Assembly: GCA_002269645.1 (NCBI GenBank)
Contig: NIVC01002612.1
Span: 1 to 62,220, forward strand
DNA from: Macrostomum lignano
Lineage: Eukaryota
Length of the DNA stretch: 62,220 nt
Direction of reading: 5' to 3'
In this document: in pieces, positions 1 to 12,351 of the stretch
Position numbering within the stretch: position 1 is the stretch's first letter
Layout of the letters: the number at the start of each line of letters is the position of its first letter
Notes under the pieces: generated by a model
Told to the model about the DNA's origin: nothing
Databases searched by the model: none
The model's input: the letters and a program-made list of their open reading frames with translations, nothing else
Translations under genes and position numbers: made by a program

Positions 1-64
1 AAGTAGAAAGCTGTTTTACTAAGTAAATGTGCTGAGTGGCCCAACCTTTTTTTCTGTATCTGTG
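1..64. mobile_element. Right end of MITE family M1 (truncated by window edge)
   Basis: AAGTAGAAAGCTGTTTTACT...GAGTGGCCCA...GTATCTGTG matches the right terminus of the complete copies at 14164-14613 and 46195-46612. Confidence 0.75.
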
Positions 65-73
65 GTGCAAAAC

Positions 74-3000
74 CGAAGCCAATTCCTTAAGAAATTTCAA
101 ACCTTCTTCGCTGGAAAAGTTGGCGGGCGCTCTCAGGCTGGCAACGGTGACCTTGTCGGAGGCTACCTGCGATTTTTCTCCCTTGCCCAACGAGGTGGCC
201 GAGCAGGTCTTCAGCGAACTCATCGATTTCGTAGAAATTTGAGCTTTCTGCAGGCGATGGAAAGCAATTAGAAAAATTCCTGTGTTATCAAATAACAGGT
301 TGCGTTTATTGATACTTAAAACGTCACTTACCGCTTTTTTCCTCTGCTCCTGCTGGCCCAGCAGAGCCTGGTACTTCTCGCTGCACAGCTCGTTTCGCAT
401 ATCGGGCATCATGTACTTTAACAGATTCTGCAGCTGGGTGCAGTTCTTTATGCAGCTAAATCTGCAAGGGATTGAATTTTGTTGTTTTAATCCATGATTA
501 AATTCATATTTTTCTGTTGCTAAATTATGATGAATTATAAGCATCGTCAATTAAAAGATAAAAAATTCTAAAATTTGTAGTGCTATTTTTGCTCATGAAG
601 ATCAGCCTCCAAGGACAAACGATGGGAAAAGTCTGGCCCGCTGTACACCCTGTGTGAGCGTGTGCCTGCTCAGTGGTCAGTACTAACCGAGGCCAATTCA
701 GCTTAACTTGCAGTGCTATAGCAAGGGGGGCATCACAAGTTTGAAATATCACAAAATCGAAACATCTCAAAACCGAATCATCACAAACCCGAAACATCAC
801 AAAACCGAAACATCACAAAACCGAAACATCTCAAACCCGAAATAACACAAACCGAAACATCAAACCGAAACATCTCAAAAACATCACAAAACCGAAACAT
901 CACACAAACCGAAACATCACAAAACCGAAACATCACAAACCCGAAATATCACAAAACCGAAACATCACAAAACCGAAACATCACAAAACCGAAACATCAC
1001 AAACCCGAAATATCACAAAACCGAAACATCACAAAACCGAAACATCACAAACCCGAAATATCACAAAACCGAAACATCACAAAACCGAAACATCACAAAA
1101 CCGAAACATCACAAAACCGAGACATCACAAACCCGAAATAATCAAAAACCGAGACATCACAAACCCGAAATATCACAAAGCTAACGCCGAAAACGAAAAT
1201 AGCGTTGGTCTTATGATAGTCTCGGTTTTATGGTCGATATTTCGGGTTTGTGATAATTCGGGTTAATGATGGCGACCCCTGGCAAGGTAGCGAATGCGCT
1301 GACTCATTCGGCTATCGACTCCACCTAGATTTCAAGAGCAACAGCTACTGATGAAGCCAGCTACTGACACATTGTCCGGCAGCGAGTCGCCGTCAGGCAG
1401 CGGGCACTTGGTGCTCTTCGGCCTCTCGGGCTCCTCCTTGTGCTGGCTGGGGTCCAGCGGGGCCGCGCGGACCGCCCGCCGACGCCTGGCGATGGACATG
1501 ACAGGCGCTGAGCCCGGGTCGCACCAGTCCAGACTGGTCTCCGGCGACCAGCCAACAATGTTCACCATGTTGTTCACGCAGGCCTGGATGTCCTCTTCAG
1601 CCGGGGTCAGGGTGGGCTGGATGTTGCCCACTGTGCCGAGGGTGCCTGCGACGTGGTGGATGAATAATAAACTGAGAATTTCTGCCTGCATTTGCAAAGA
1701 AAATTAAAAATGCTAATCAGTAACACAGATAATACGCTCGTAGAATACTTAGATAAGCCACTCAGCACATTTGCGTGCAAGCTACTTTCAGTTCAGTAGT
1801 AAGTTAAACTGAAGCATTTTAATGTATTTTTAAAGCCAAGGCTCATTTATTGGCTCTTACCCCCCAAGCCTAAACCGTCCAACCGCGCCTTTCCTTAGTA
1901 CCCTCCCTGCGCACCCCAATTTTATTGCCTTTATCAGAATTCCAGTCAGAAGCTGCCATGTGCATTTCAGTGGACTGGCTAATGTACATTACTGCTGAAC
2001 CAATTAGCAAGTTGTTTACGCCTGGAAGCTTGGGCTTCTAAACTTATCAAAGATTCAAAGTAATTTCAGCTGCCTTTATAAAATAGCTTTTGTATTCTTC
2101 TTTGCTACTGAACTGAAAGTAGAAAGCTGTTTTACTAATTAAATGTGCCTGAGTGGCCCCATCTAGTTATTTGTAAGCGCGTAGTTTGTAAGCGCGTCTG
2201 TTTATCTGGTTTGCTGGTTTCGTTCTAATAGAAACAATAAATCTAAACTCTGAATTTAAAAAAAGCACAAGTAATAGTGGATATGCCTACCTCCGGTGGC
2301 TGTCTCGACCTGCTCCGGAGATGCGGAGTGGAAGGAAGCCATGCTCTTGGCCGTGTTGTCCAGCGCAGATGCTGAGCTGATCTGCACACATGGGAATGAC
2401 CGTTTTTACAGGCTGTGTATAACTTTTCCGTAAATATTCGACATTTCAAACTTGAAAATAGGAATAATAGAGTGCAAAACGTACTTGCTGGGAGGGTTAT
2501 CAAGAAATCACGGAATAAGTTTTTCTCTAGAATTCTCGGAATCTATCCGGTCTGAAGCGAGATTTTTACCTGCTACTACTTTGTACTTTTCGGCAAATAA
2601 TTAGAGTACAGTAGCTCGTCAAAAACACAGATATGGGCACATGTTCAACCGACAGCTCAGCCGCAGCTATTGCGCGGCGCATCTGAAGGCTGCGTACGGC
2701 TGTTCAGTCCAAGGACTGGGGGGTCGCCACACCCACCCTCAATTACCCCAGCTAATGCTGGCACCCATTTTATAGCTGGGTGAACTGAAGCGATGCAGGG
2801 TTAAGTGTATTGCTTAAACGACACAAATTGTTACAAGTGGGTCGGGATTCGAATCCCCGACCTAAAACATATTAAATAAGTGGATGGGCCACTCAGGCAG
2901 ACATGCATTTGCTTGCATGAAACAGTCGTACGTAGCAAGGTAGATTTGTAAGCTAGTTTTTAGCTCATAAAAAGAAAGGCAGTTGGAGTGACTTGCAGAC

Positions 3001-6000
3001 GTAAACAGCCTCTTGCTATTGGTGAAGCCCTAATTTACATTGGCCCAGCGCCAATGAGAATGTACATGGCACGCAGCTTCAGGCTGGAACACCGGGCGAG
3101 GAAGGGCAATAAAAGTTGGATGTTGGGGCGAGGGTAGAAGTTTTGAGTGGAAAGGCACATTGGGAAAGGTTCAGCTGGGGGCAACTAAAACACATTTAAA
3201 TGCTTCTATTTAACTTACTACTGAACTGAAAGTAGCTTAAACGTAAATTTATTGAGTGGCCCATCCGGTTATTATTGTATTTGTGGCCAATAAACAGAAA
3301 ATCATAACTGAATTTGAATAGACGCTGCAGAAGTTTTACTGCTCGACTATTTTTGAGGGCTCTACTTTGGAAGTCCTTGGATGGAGGGGTGAAATAGTGC
3401 TTTGACAGTTAAAGAGTTCAACACGAACCTGAGCATTGACGTTGCTCCCGTCCGTGGTAATGGTCACCAGGGTTTTACTCAGCGTGATGGCCTGATTTGG
3501 GTCGGTTAGAAACTGCGACACCTGATCAACCTTGGCGCAGGCGCTCTCCTTCACCGCCAGGACCATGTCTGTGTCGTTGGAATCTTTCTGAAATTGGCAT
3601 CGAGGTGCGCTTGCTTGCAGTGACCGCAGTGTGGTCAGGGGGCGAGAGTTGCTCTCTACTTACAAACGTACTGCTGACCATGGAGATCACGGAGAGCGCT
3701 TTGGTCGGGTTGGTGGGGTCCAAGTTAGTGAGGATGTTGTTGGCGTCCGAGATGCTGTTGATGTTCAGCACCTGCAGGCGCGCCTGGTCGGAGGCTTGCC
3801 GAGACTTCTTGTCAAATCCGCAGATGCACATCTTCATCATGTCGTTATTATTCAGCGCCTCCGTCTCGGCTAGCACGACCTTCTCCGACTCCTTGTAGGT
3901 GAGCAGGTTCGGGTTGGGGAAGCAGCTGCCCTTGCCTTTTTTGTCGTACATTTTGAAGTCGGCGGCGTTGGGACTCGGCGTTGTGCCGTTCGGGTAGAGG
4001 CCGATCTGGGTCCAGTGGTTCTCGTTGCCGAAGTCCTGGCTGCAGCAGTCGAGGTTGTTGTAGACCACGGGGCTGCTATCGCCAACGCAGGCGACCACCA
4101 CCCGCACGGAGTTGTTGCCAAGGAAGTCGTCGGGTCGCGGCACAGCGAGTAGTCAATGTAGAGCATGTCACCCAGGCTGATGGCGATGTCCGATTCGCCT
4201 TTGAACCTGCAGACTAAACTGGACGGGATAATCTTGATGGTGCCCAGCTGCCTCGGCAGGAGGTTCGCCGGATAGCTGGTGGGGCTGTGGAACACCGATA
4301 GACGGTAGAGGCCATAGGTGAGGGCGTACTTGTCCAGCACGAAGCTGGCGCTCTGCGGCGCGCTGCACTGGTAGCTGAGCGGCTGCAAATTCAACAGGTC
4401 GTTTAGCGAAGCACCGCTGTCCAGGACCTTCAAAATTTGCCAGCTGAAATAGTAGGTAGACGGGCTGCAGGTGCTGCTGTAGCTGGCCGTGATAGTCAGA
4501 GCGGTGCTCATCTCCACCTGGATGACGGAGTCCCAGGCTAGAAGGCTGCCGTCGCGGCGGAACTCCACCTCCTGGGCGCAGGAGTCCGTGTTCAGCGTGT
4601 AGATGATGCTGCCGCACATGTTGAGCTCAGCGCCTCCGTCGGTGCTGAACACATTTGACAGCCGCAGAGTGACGGAATTCCTTCCCAGCTGGAAGTTGTA
4701 GCCCAGCAGAGCGAACATGAACAGCCGGCCGCCTCGCGACACCGTCATTGTCCCCACCGGGTCGGCGGCGCCCAGACTTTTTGGTGGACTGTTTGCCGTT
4801 GTGAGGCTGTAGGTGATGGCACCGGATGGACTCAGAGGAATCGTGGTGTTTTCCCATGCCAGCTTGGGCCTCCACAGGTAGATGGTGGTGTTGTCAGCGT
4901 AATCGTTCGGGTTGAAGCTGTTGATGGTTTGGGTAACAGCGGCGCCGGCTTCTGTGGTACCACCGAGCTGGAAGCTGATCGGGAAGCCCTTGGAGATGGT
5001 GACAGCGAACTGCACGGAGCGGCTCGGGCCACCGACCGGCTGAATGAGCTGCACAGCCGGGTTGCTGATCTCGGCGCCCACGCTGGTCTGGTTGGTGACG
5101 GTCAGGCTGCCGATGAGGTTCTTCATGACGGCGGTGATGGTGAACTTGCCAAAGTGTGAGACCTTGTACTTGAGCACGAACGGGCCGAAGGTGGCGAAGT
5201 TGCCGTCAAGCGAGTAGGTCTTGGCCTCCATTCCGGTGAGCTGCACCTCGACAGAGTTGGACTCGCCGCCGATGGCCAGGCCGAACTTCGTGTTGATATA
5301 AAGATACAGCTCCAAGTCCTCGGACAGCGACTTCAGCGGCTGGGCCACGATGTAGGCGTCTTTGAACGGCACTTGCGTGCCGAGCATCACGGCAGAGTCG
5401 CGGGCGCAGCCGTCGTTGGCAGCACGTAGGGTGACGTTGAATACCCCAGTGGCGCCGTAGACGTAGTTCCGATCCAACTCCAGTTGGCCGTTAAGTCCGT
5501 CAACCACAAGGAACTCGCAAGCTTTCAGCCCGTCGCAGAGCTGCAACTCGTAGCGACCGACTCCAACGACGCGAAACTTCACAGGGAAGGTGTCGTCCTT
5601 GAGGCCGCTCAGCTTGGTGGCCACGATAGCCACAGTAGGGCAGGTGTTCATGTGCACACGCAGAGGCAGCACCACCATGTTCGAGTCGTACTTCACAATC
5701 AGTTGGAGATCTCTAGGGCCGAGCGCGGCCAGGCTGGCGCACCGGACGCTCAGAGAGTTTGGCCCCGTTGTGTGAGGAACCACGGCTCCATCAGGCTGGC
5801 TAACAACTTTCAGCTTGCTCAAGATCGAGTCCACCATGGGAAATTCAATCTTAACCACGTCAGTGTCGGCCGTGCCGATACACATGGCCCTGCGATTCAC
5901 CCTGTCGCCAATGAGCACCACGGCGCTTGAGCACTTCAATGTCCGGCTGTTGTTCACGCACATGCTAATGTTGTAGAAACCGAACGCATCCACCGCAACG

Positions 6001-7394
6001 GTGCCGGTCTTCACCGTGGAATAGTCCGCTACCTGGAACTTCTCCTTCTGCACGCCATTCACGTAGATAGTGGCCGTCTTAGATAGCCGACCGGCGATCA
6101 CGGCGGTGTAGGCGACGCTCTTGTCCGTGCCGCTCTGCGCCGGAAATATCTTGACCACGTCGATGTCCACAGCCTCCTCAGTCTCTTTGTCTGCGGTTGA
6201 TGGGGAAACGTGTTTGATTTGCTGGTGGAATCTGAACAACAGGCGACAGCCGACCCTCAGATAGGCAGGCAGCCATTCCCCACAAGCAGCGAGATTCAGA
6301 TGCTCGAACCACTGAGCTACTGCTTCAAGCTACTACTACTTTAAGTACTGTCATGGGGTTTTCGCTGTTTTTGGAAGGCGAGAAATGAGATCTGATCTGA
6401 AGTCTTCAACACCAAGTCTTCTTCTTGACAACCGGAGGTCAACCTAGTTGTCCACTTTTATTCCGAAAGCCTCAAGCAAAGCTGCTTACTGCTTGGTGTG
6501 GATGAGTGAGATTTGGTGTTCCATTGCCTGTACTCCTACTGTACACTGAATGTACAATGTACACCCTCCACTCACACTGTTGAATAGCTAGTTTTTTCGT
6601 GCAGTTCAGCATGTCACTTAATAGGTTTGAACCCATTGGAAATTCCTGGAGTTTAAAAGACGTTCGACAGTACTCAGACCAACTCACTCTTGATCGTCAG
6701 CGTTATCTCCGTAGAGTTTTGCCCATAGATGCTGGCCACCTTGATGACCACCGTCTTCTGGCCGTCGCTGCTGTACGCATGCGAGAAGACGCTCTGCTTC
6801 AGCACCGAACTGGTGCCGTCGCCGAAGTCAACGGTGACGGTGTACTCAGCAGGGCTCATCTTGGCCGGCTCGCTGCCGATGCTGTACCGATGGATGCTCA
6901 GTTCAAAAGCGATGGAGTCACCCGTGAACATGTCGGCAGCGTACGGATTGTACACCTTGGTGCTGAAGATGGTGTAGACATTGGGCGGCAGGTAGAGCTG
7001 GGACGTGAGGAACAGGTGGAATGCCAAGTCGGGAGCTGAGCTGCAGCTGATGGTGGTGATGTCGCTCAGGTAGCTCAGCTGCCCGATGCACATGCACAGG
7101 CCGTAGTTGGGGCTTTTCTTCTGGATGCCGTAGATCTGCTTCATGTCCACCACGCTTGACGGGTTCGGCCTGCGGTGACGGGACGTGAGGGGGCGTTAAA
7201 GTACAAGCTGTACTTGTATAGGGCTCCAGGTGCTTGTCTAATCTTTATCTAATCTACTCTTTTCTAAATTTTCCCTTATCTCTCCTTTCCCAACTCATTT
7301 CTAAAGTTTCCCCTTTTTCAGATAACGAACCTATAGTCTAGTCAGGTCTAGAAAGTCTCTCTCAACTCACCTCTAGTCTCTCTCCCTCTCTCAA

Positions 7395-7449
<55 letters not shown>

Positions 7450-10400
7450 GTCTCTCATCTGTACCTGAAGTAGCCGCAGTTTTCAAAGCAGTCCATCTGG
7501 TACCGGTCCTGAGTGCTGGTGATCAGATTGGAGCTGACAGTGTACTTTGGCGACACAGTGGAAGACTCGGTGCAGCCAAGATCGGCGTAGGACAGCGGCA
7601 TGTCTGCAATGTTCGAGAGCAATACTGAGAATTCTGAGAGTCCTGAAGGTATTGACTGCCCGAGGTTCCTGAGGGTCCTGAAGGTATTGACCGCCCTGAG
7701 GTTCCTGAGGGTCCTGAAGGTATTGACCGCCCCGAGGTTCCTGAGGGCTTTGATGTCCCGAGGGTCTTAAAGATCTTTGAGGTACTTAAGGTTGTGTTAG
7801 CCCTGAAGCTCTGGAAGTTTAAACTAAAAATTCTGCAGAATATCTCGTCGTTGAATATCTCGAGCGTTGCAAAAAACGCTTTAGTCTAAATCGAGTTATC
7901 AGTTTGCATTCCTGAGCTGAAACCGGAACACTTCAACTGGGAAAGTGCTCACTAGTGATCGTGTCCGAGTCCCACACGGCCTCCTGGACGCAGACATTCG
8001 AGATGCCCGAATCGTCTGGCGAAATGCCCGACTTGCCGCGGCAGAACACCATGGTCTCTTGGAATGGGATGATCGCGTTCAGGAAGTACCGGTCCATGTA
8101 CTTCTGCACCCCGTTCTGCTTGATGATGGCTCGCATTCCGTCGACGTAGAGTATCAGGCCGGACCTGTCCTCCCAGGTGCCGCACAGCTGCGGGGCCGGG
8201 GTTCGATTTCGAATCGGATTGGAATTCGGGTTCGGATTGGAATTCGAGTTCGGGTTGGAATTCGGGTTCGGATTGGAATTCCAGTTCGGGTTGGAATTCG
8301 GGTTCGGATTGGAATTCGGGTTCGGATTGGTATTCCGGTTCGGATTGGAATTCGAGTTCGGGTTGGAATTCGGGTTCGGGTTGGAATTCGGGTTCGGGTT
8401 GGAATTCGGGTTCAGATTGGAATTCGGGTTCGGATTGGAATTCGGGTTCGGGTTGGAATTTGGGTTCGGATTGGAATAAACTGAAGCTTACCGTGACTGG
8501 CAGGCTGCTCTTCGAGATCTCAAACGCGGCCTCCCAGCGCACGCTGGCCCCGGTGAAGTCTGTGCCATAGACACCGAACACGAACTTCCGCTGGCCCAGG
8601 AATTCCAGGTAGGAACCGAACGCATAGGGCGTGTCGCCTGCGGATTCGGGTGAAGTTAATCCATCGTTTCACTTTCCCTAAGAGGTCAAGTGTCCACCCA
8701 GTCCCACTGGGAGTCCACCCAGTCTCTTTAAGAGTCCACCCGGTCCAACTGAGAGTCCACCCAGTCCCACTGGGAGTCCACCCAGTCTCTTTAAGAGTCC
8801 ACCCAGTCTCTTTAAGAGTCCACCCGGTCCAACTGAGAGTCCACCCAGTCTCTTTAAGAGTACACCCGGTCCAACTGAGAGTCCACCCAGTCCCACTGGG
8901 AGTCCAACCAGTCTCTTTAAGAGTCCTCTTTAAGTTCTCTTTAAGAACTGAGAGTCCACCCAGTCCCACTGAGAGTCCACCCAGTCTCTTTAAGAGTCCA
9001 CCCAGTCTAACTGAGAGTCCACCCAGTCTCTTTAAGAGTCCACCCAGTCCAACTGAGAGTCCACCCGGTCCAACTAAGAGTCCACCCAGTCCCACTGAGA
9101 GTCCACCCAGTCTCTTTAAGAGTCCACCCGGTCCAACTGAGAGTCAACCCAGTCCCACTGAGAGTCCACCCAGTCTCTTTAAGAGTCCACCCAGTCCAGC
9201 TGAGAGTCCACCCAGTCCAACTGAGAGTCCACCCAGTCTCTTTAAGAGCCCACCCAGTCCAACTGAGAGTCCACCCAGTCTCTTTAAGAGTCCACCCAGT
9301 CCGACTGAGAGTCCACCCGGTCCAACTGAGAGTCCACCCAGTCCCACTGAGAGTCCACCCAGTCTCTTTAAGAGTCCACCCAGTCCGACTGAGAGTCCAC
9401 CCAGTCCAACTGAGAGTCCACCCAGTCCCAATGAGAGTCCACTCAGTCCAACTGAGAGTCCACCCAGTCCCAATGAGAGTCCACTCAGTCCAACTGAGAG
9501 TCCACCCAGTCCCACTAAGAGTTCACCCAGTCCGACTGAGAGTCCACCCAGTCCCACTGAGAGTCCACCCGGTCCAACTGAGAGTCCACCCAGTCCCACT
9601 GGGAGTCCACCCAGTCTCTTTAAGAGTCCACCCGGTCCAACTGAGAGTCCACCCAATCCCACTGAGAGTCCACCCAGTCTCTTTAAGAGTCCACCCAGTC
9701 CAGCTGATCGAGTCCACCCTGTCCCACTGAGAGTCCACCCAGTCTCTTTAAGAGTCCACTCAGTCTCTTTAAGAGTCCACCCGGTCCAACTGAGAGTCCA
9801 CCCAATCCCACTGAGAGTCCACCCAGTCCCAATAAGAGTTCACCCAGTTCCACTGAGAGTCCACCCAGTCCGACTGAGAGTCCACCCATTCCGACTGAGA
9901 GTCCACCCAGTCCAACTGAGAGTCCACCCAGTCCCAATGAGAGTCCACTCAGTCCAACTGAGAGTCCACCCAGTCCCACTGGGAGTCCACCCAGTCTCTT
10001 TAAGAGTCCACCCGGTCCAACTGAGAGTCCACCCAATCCCACTGAGAGTCCACCCAGTCTCTTTAAGAGTCCACCCAGTCCAGCTGAGAGTCCACCCTGT
10101 CCCACTGAGAGTCCACCCAGTCCCAATAAGAGTTCACCCAGTTCCACTGAGAGTCCACCCAGTCCCAATGAGAGTCCACTCAGTCCAACTGAGAGTCCAC
10201 CCAGTCCCACTGAGAGTCCACCCAGTCCCACTAAGAGTTCACCCAGTCCGACTGAGAGTCCACCCAGTCCCACTGAGAGTCCACCCAGTCCGACTGAGAG
10301 TCCACCCAGTCCCACTGAGAGTCCACCCAGTCTCTTTAAGAGTCCACCCGGTCCAACTGAGAGTCCACCCAGTCCCAGTGAGAGTCCACCCAGTCCCACT

Positions 10401-11759
10401 GAGAGTCCACCCAGTCTCTTTAAGAGTCCACCCGGTCCAACTGAGAGTCCACCCAGTCCCACTGGGAGTCCACCCAGTCTCTTTAAGAGTCCACCCGGTC
10501 CAACTGAGAGTCCACCCAATCCCACTGAGAGTCCACCCAGTCTCTTTAAGAGTCCACCCAGTCCAGCTGAGAGTCCACCCTGTCCCACTGAGAGTCCACC
10601 CAGTCTCTTTAAGAGTCCACTCAGTCTCTTTAAGAGTCCACCCGGTCCAACTGAGAGTCCACCCAATCCCACTGAGAGTCCACCCAGTCCCAATAAGAGT
10701 TCACCCAGTTCCACTGAGAGTCCACCCAGTTCCACTGAGAGTCCACCCAGTCCAACTGAGAGTCCACCCAGTCCCAATGAGAGTCCACTCAGTCCAACTG
10801 AGAGTCCACCCAGTCCCACTGGGAGTCCACCCAGTCTCTTTAAGAGTCCACCCGGTCCAACTGAGAGTCCTCCCAATCCCACTGAGAGTCCACCCAGTCT
10901 CTTTAAGAGTCCACCCAGTCCAGCTGAGAGTCCACCCTGTCCCACTGAGAGTCCACCCAGTCTCTTTAAGAGTCCACTCAGTCTCTTTAAGAGTCCACCC
11001 GGTCCAACTGAGAGTCCACCCAATCCCACTGAGAGTCCACCCAGTCCCAATAAGAGTTCACCCAGTTCCACTGAGAGTCCACCCAGTCCGACTGAGAGTC
11101 CACCCATTCCGACTGAGAGTCCACCCAGTCCAACTGAGAGTCCACCCAGTCCCAATGAGAGTCCACTCAGTCCAACTGAGAGTCCACCCAGTCCCACTGA
11201 GAGTCCACTCAGTCCCACTGAGAGTCCACCCAGTCCCACTGAGAGTCCACTCAGTCCAACTGAGAGTCCACTCAGTCCCACTGAGAGTCCACTCAGTCCC
11301 ACTGAGAGTCCACCCAGTCCCACTGAGAGTCTCCAGTCCCCCCAGCATCAGCGGTGCAGCAGGCCTCACCCCCGGTGGTGAACACTTTGCCGCATCTATT
11401 TGCTTCAATCTTGTCCAGCCGCAGCTGCAGGCAGACGCTGAACTTGGTAGAGGCGCACTTGCGAATGTCCTGGAAGCAGGACTGCAGCGAGGAGGTCAGG
11501 CTGTCCACGGGGAACACCAGAGCGCCGCCGACGCTGCCCGGCTTGTTGATGCACACTTTGCCATCGGCGCTGGTGGCGGTTGAGGTCACCGCGCCTACGA
11601 ATTAGGGATAATAAAGACAGTTGATGAAGCATAATTTAGTCTCAATGGATGCTTCCATCGAGAAAGGCTGTTTGTCTTCAGTGAGAAAAAAGCAGAAATG
11701 ATAGCGGACTCACAGTGTACAGCCAGGAGCAGCACAAGCAGACGGCAGCTTGCACGCAT
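74..11759 (-). CDS. Gene A: polycystin-1-like (PKD1/REJ family) large receptor, 5' part; 3' end lies outside the window
   Basis: Phase-consistent GT-AG exons (minus): 11759-11714 (signal peptide MRASCRLLVLLLAVHC), 11594-11370, 8637-8492, 8187-7953, 7603-7465, 7169-6688, 6190-3664, 3587-3429, 2381-2291, 1681-1369, 461-332, 247-~74 (last donor uncertain: 103 or 74). Motifs: LamG/pentraxin-like LCGTWEDRSGLILYVDG; WSC-like LGC..C..C..YGIQ..C.C; PKD repeat VDFGDGTS..FSHAYSSDGQKTVVIKV; REJ-like YYFSWQI and IDYSLCRDPDD. About 1550 aa in the window after correcting one frameshift at ~4133. Confidence 0.85.
727..1279. mobile_element. Non-autonomous TIR element (Merlin-like, GG termini) with an internal ~16-bp tandem array (AAAACCGAAACATCAC)n
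   Basis: The right end ...TTTGTGATAATTCGGGTTAATGATGGCGACCCC is an inverted copy of the array motif. Flanks TAGCAAGG (719-726) and TGGCAAGG (1280-1287) form a 7/8 TSD. The left TIR is degenerate. Confidence 0.6.
1724..2170. mobile_element. MITE family M1 copy
   Basis: CACAGAT..TAGATAAGCCACTC..CTACTTTCAGTTCAGTAG at the left and CTACTGAACTGAAAGTAG..GAGTGGCCCCATCTAG at the right; the internal sequence is shared with the 14164 and 46195 copies. Confidence 0.8.
2634..2863 (-). mobile_element. tRNA-derived SINE (family S1), 5' head truncated
   Basis: Near-identical to 17658-17901 and 43139-43412. B-box-like GGATTCGAATCCC is present and the A-box is missing where a MITE begins. Confidence 0.85.
2866..3285. 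mobile_element. Diverged MITE family M1 copy
   Basis: GGATGGGCCACTCAGGC ... CTACTGAACTGAAAGTAGC..GAGTGGCCCATCC..GTATTTGTG termini; the interior is diverged. Confidence 0.65.
3664..6190 (-). CDS. Largest exon of gene A (Ig/PKD-like beta repeats plus REJ region), containing a 1-bp frameshift at 4132-4134
   Basis: ORFs 3870-6239 and 3526-4143 join at CGC GAC CC[C] GAC GAC. The exon is 2527 nt with phase 1 in and phase 0 out, which is exactly 1 nt short of frame. Acceptor tttccccatcaaccgcag, donor GTAAGT. Confidence 0.85.
7365..7455. repeat. (CT)n microsatellite at the start of a gene A intron
   Basis: Direct reading. Confidence 0.95.
7625..7750. repeat. 36-bp minisatellite (GAGGTTCCTGAGGGTCCTGAAGGTATTGACCGCCCY), ~3.5 units
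   Basis: Units start at 7662, 7698 and 7734. Confidence 0.9.
8205..8480. repeat. 18-bp minisatellite (GGAATTCGGGTTCGGATT)n filling almost all of a 304-bp intron
   Basis: Direct reading; it explains the QSEPEF/GIRVRI repeat ORFs. Confidence 0.95.
8690..11335. repeat. 21-bp minisatellite (GAGAGTCCACCCAGTCCCACT)n, ~2.6 kb, intronic in gene A
   Basis: Direct reading; variant units (..CTCTTTAA.., ..CGGTCCAACT..) recur in higher-order blocks. Confidence 0.97.
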
Positions 11760-12351
11760 CTGAGCTGATTTTTGAGCTGTCATGGCTCGAGTCTGCCGCC
11801 TTTTTTCGCAGAGTCTGTTGTTAAGGCTTTGAGAATTTTCGGGAGGCAAGTGATGAACTTCGGAGGTGAAGTCAACTCGGGGTTTAAGACGTGAGCGCTG
11901 ATCCTTCGAGCGGGGGGGATTTTATGGGCTGAGAACAGGGGAGAGTTTATTGCTCACCTGGAAGTTGCGGTCCCAATTAAATTATTAATGCTCTCCATTG
12001 GGCGACTCTAAAGCGATTAAATATTTAGCAGATCTTGTCCGCCTGACTCTGACTTGGTCCGGTTGCCATGGTCCGCTGCCAGGACAAAGGATAACAGAGA
12101 GCGCATCCAACAACTCAAATCCCAACTGGACTGCAGTTTGATTGCATTCAGCGGCCAGTTGACTCTCCATGCCCACCGTAGCTGATTACGTTCATTGCTA
12201 TGGAGACGGGAGTACACAGTGCGGAGGGTGCATAGAATTCTGAGTAGTCCCAAGCACTTTACAATCCCAGTGAGTGCGTGAGTCTGCGATGCAGAGAATT
12301 GAAAGGCCACAGGGGATGCATTTTCAATGCTTTTGGTTTTTTCGAGACTGA

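Noticed and set aside
620-670. ~45-bp segment shared in inverted orientation with ~13915-13960 (CGCTGTACACCCTGTGTGAGCGTGTG)
   Set aside because: Probably a fragment of another dispersed repeat; too short to classify.
7945-8581. GIRVRI / QSEPEF / GLEFGF repeat ORFs that look like a mucin or extensin insert
   Set aside because: An 18-bp array inside a GT-AG intron (8188-8491); removing it restores a continuous LamG-like sequence.
8650-11583. 977-aa plus-strand ORF and the 546-aa, 191-aa and 172-aa minus ORFs (ESPPSPT / LRVHPV / GGLSV repeats)
   Set aside because: Translations of the 21-bp intronic minisatellite; the region is an intron of gene A bounded by phase-matched splice sites.
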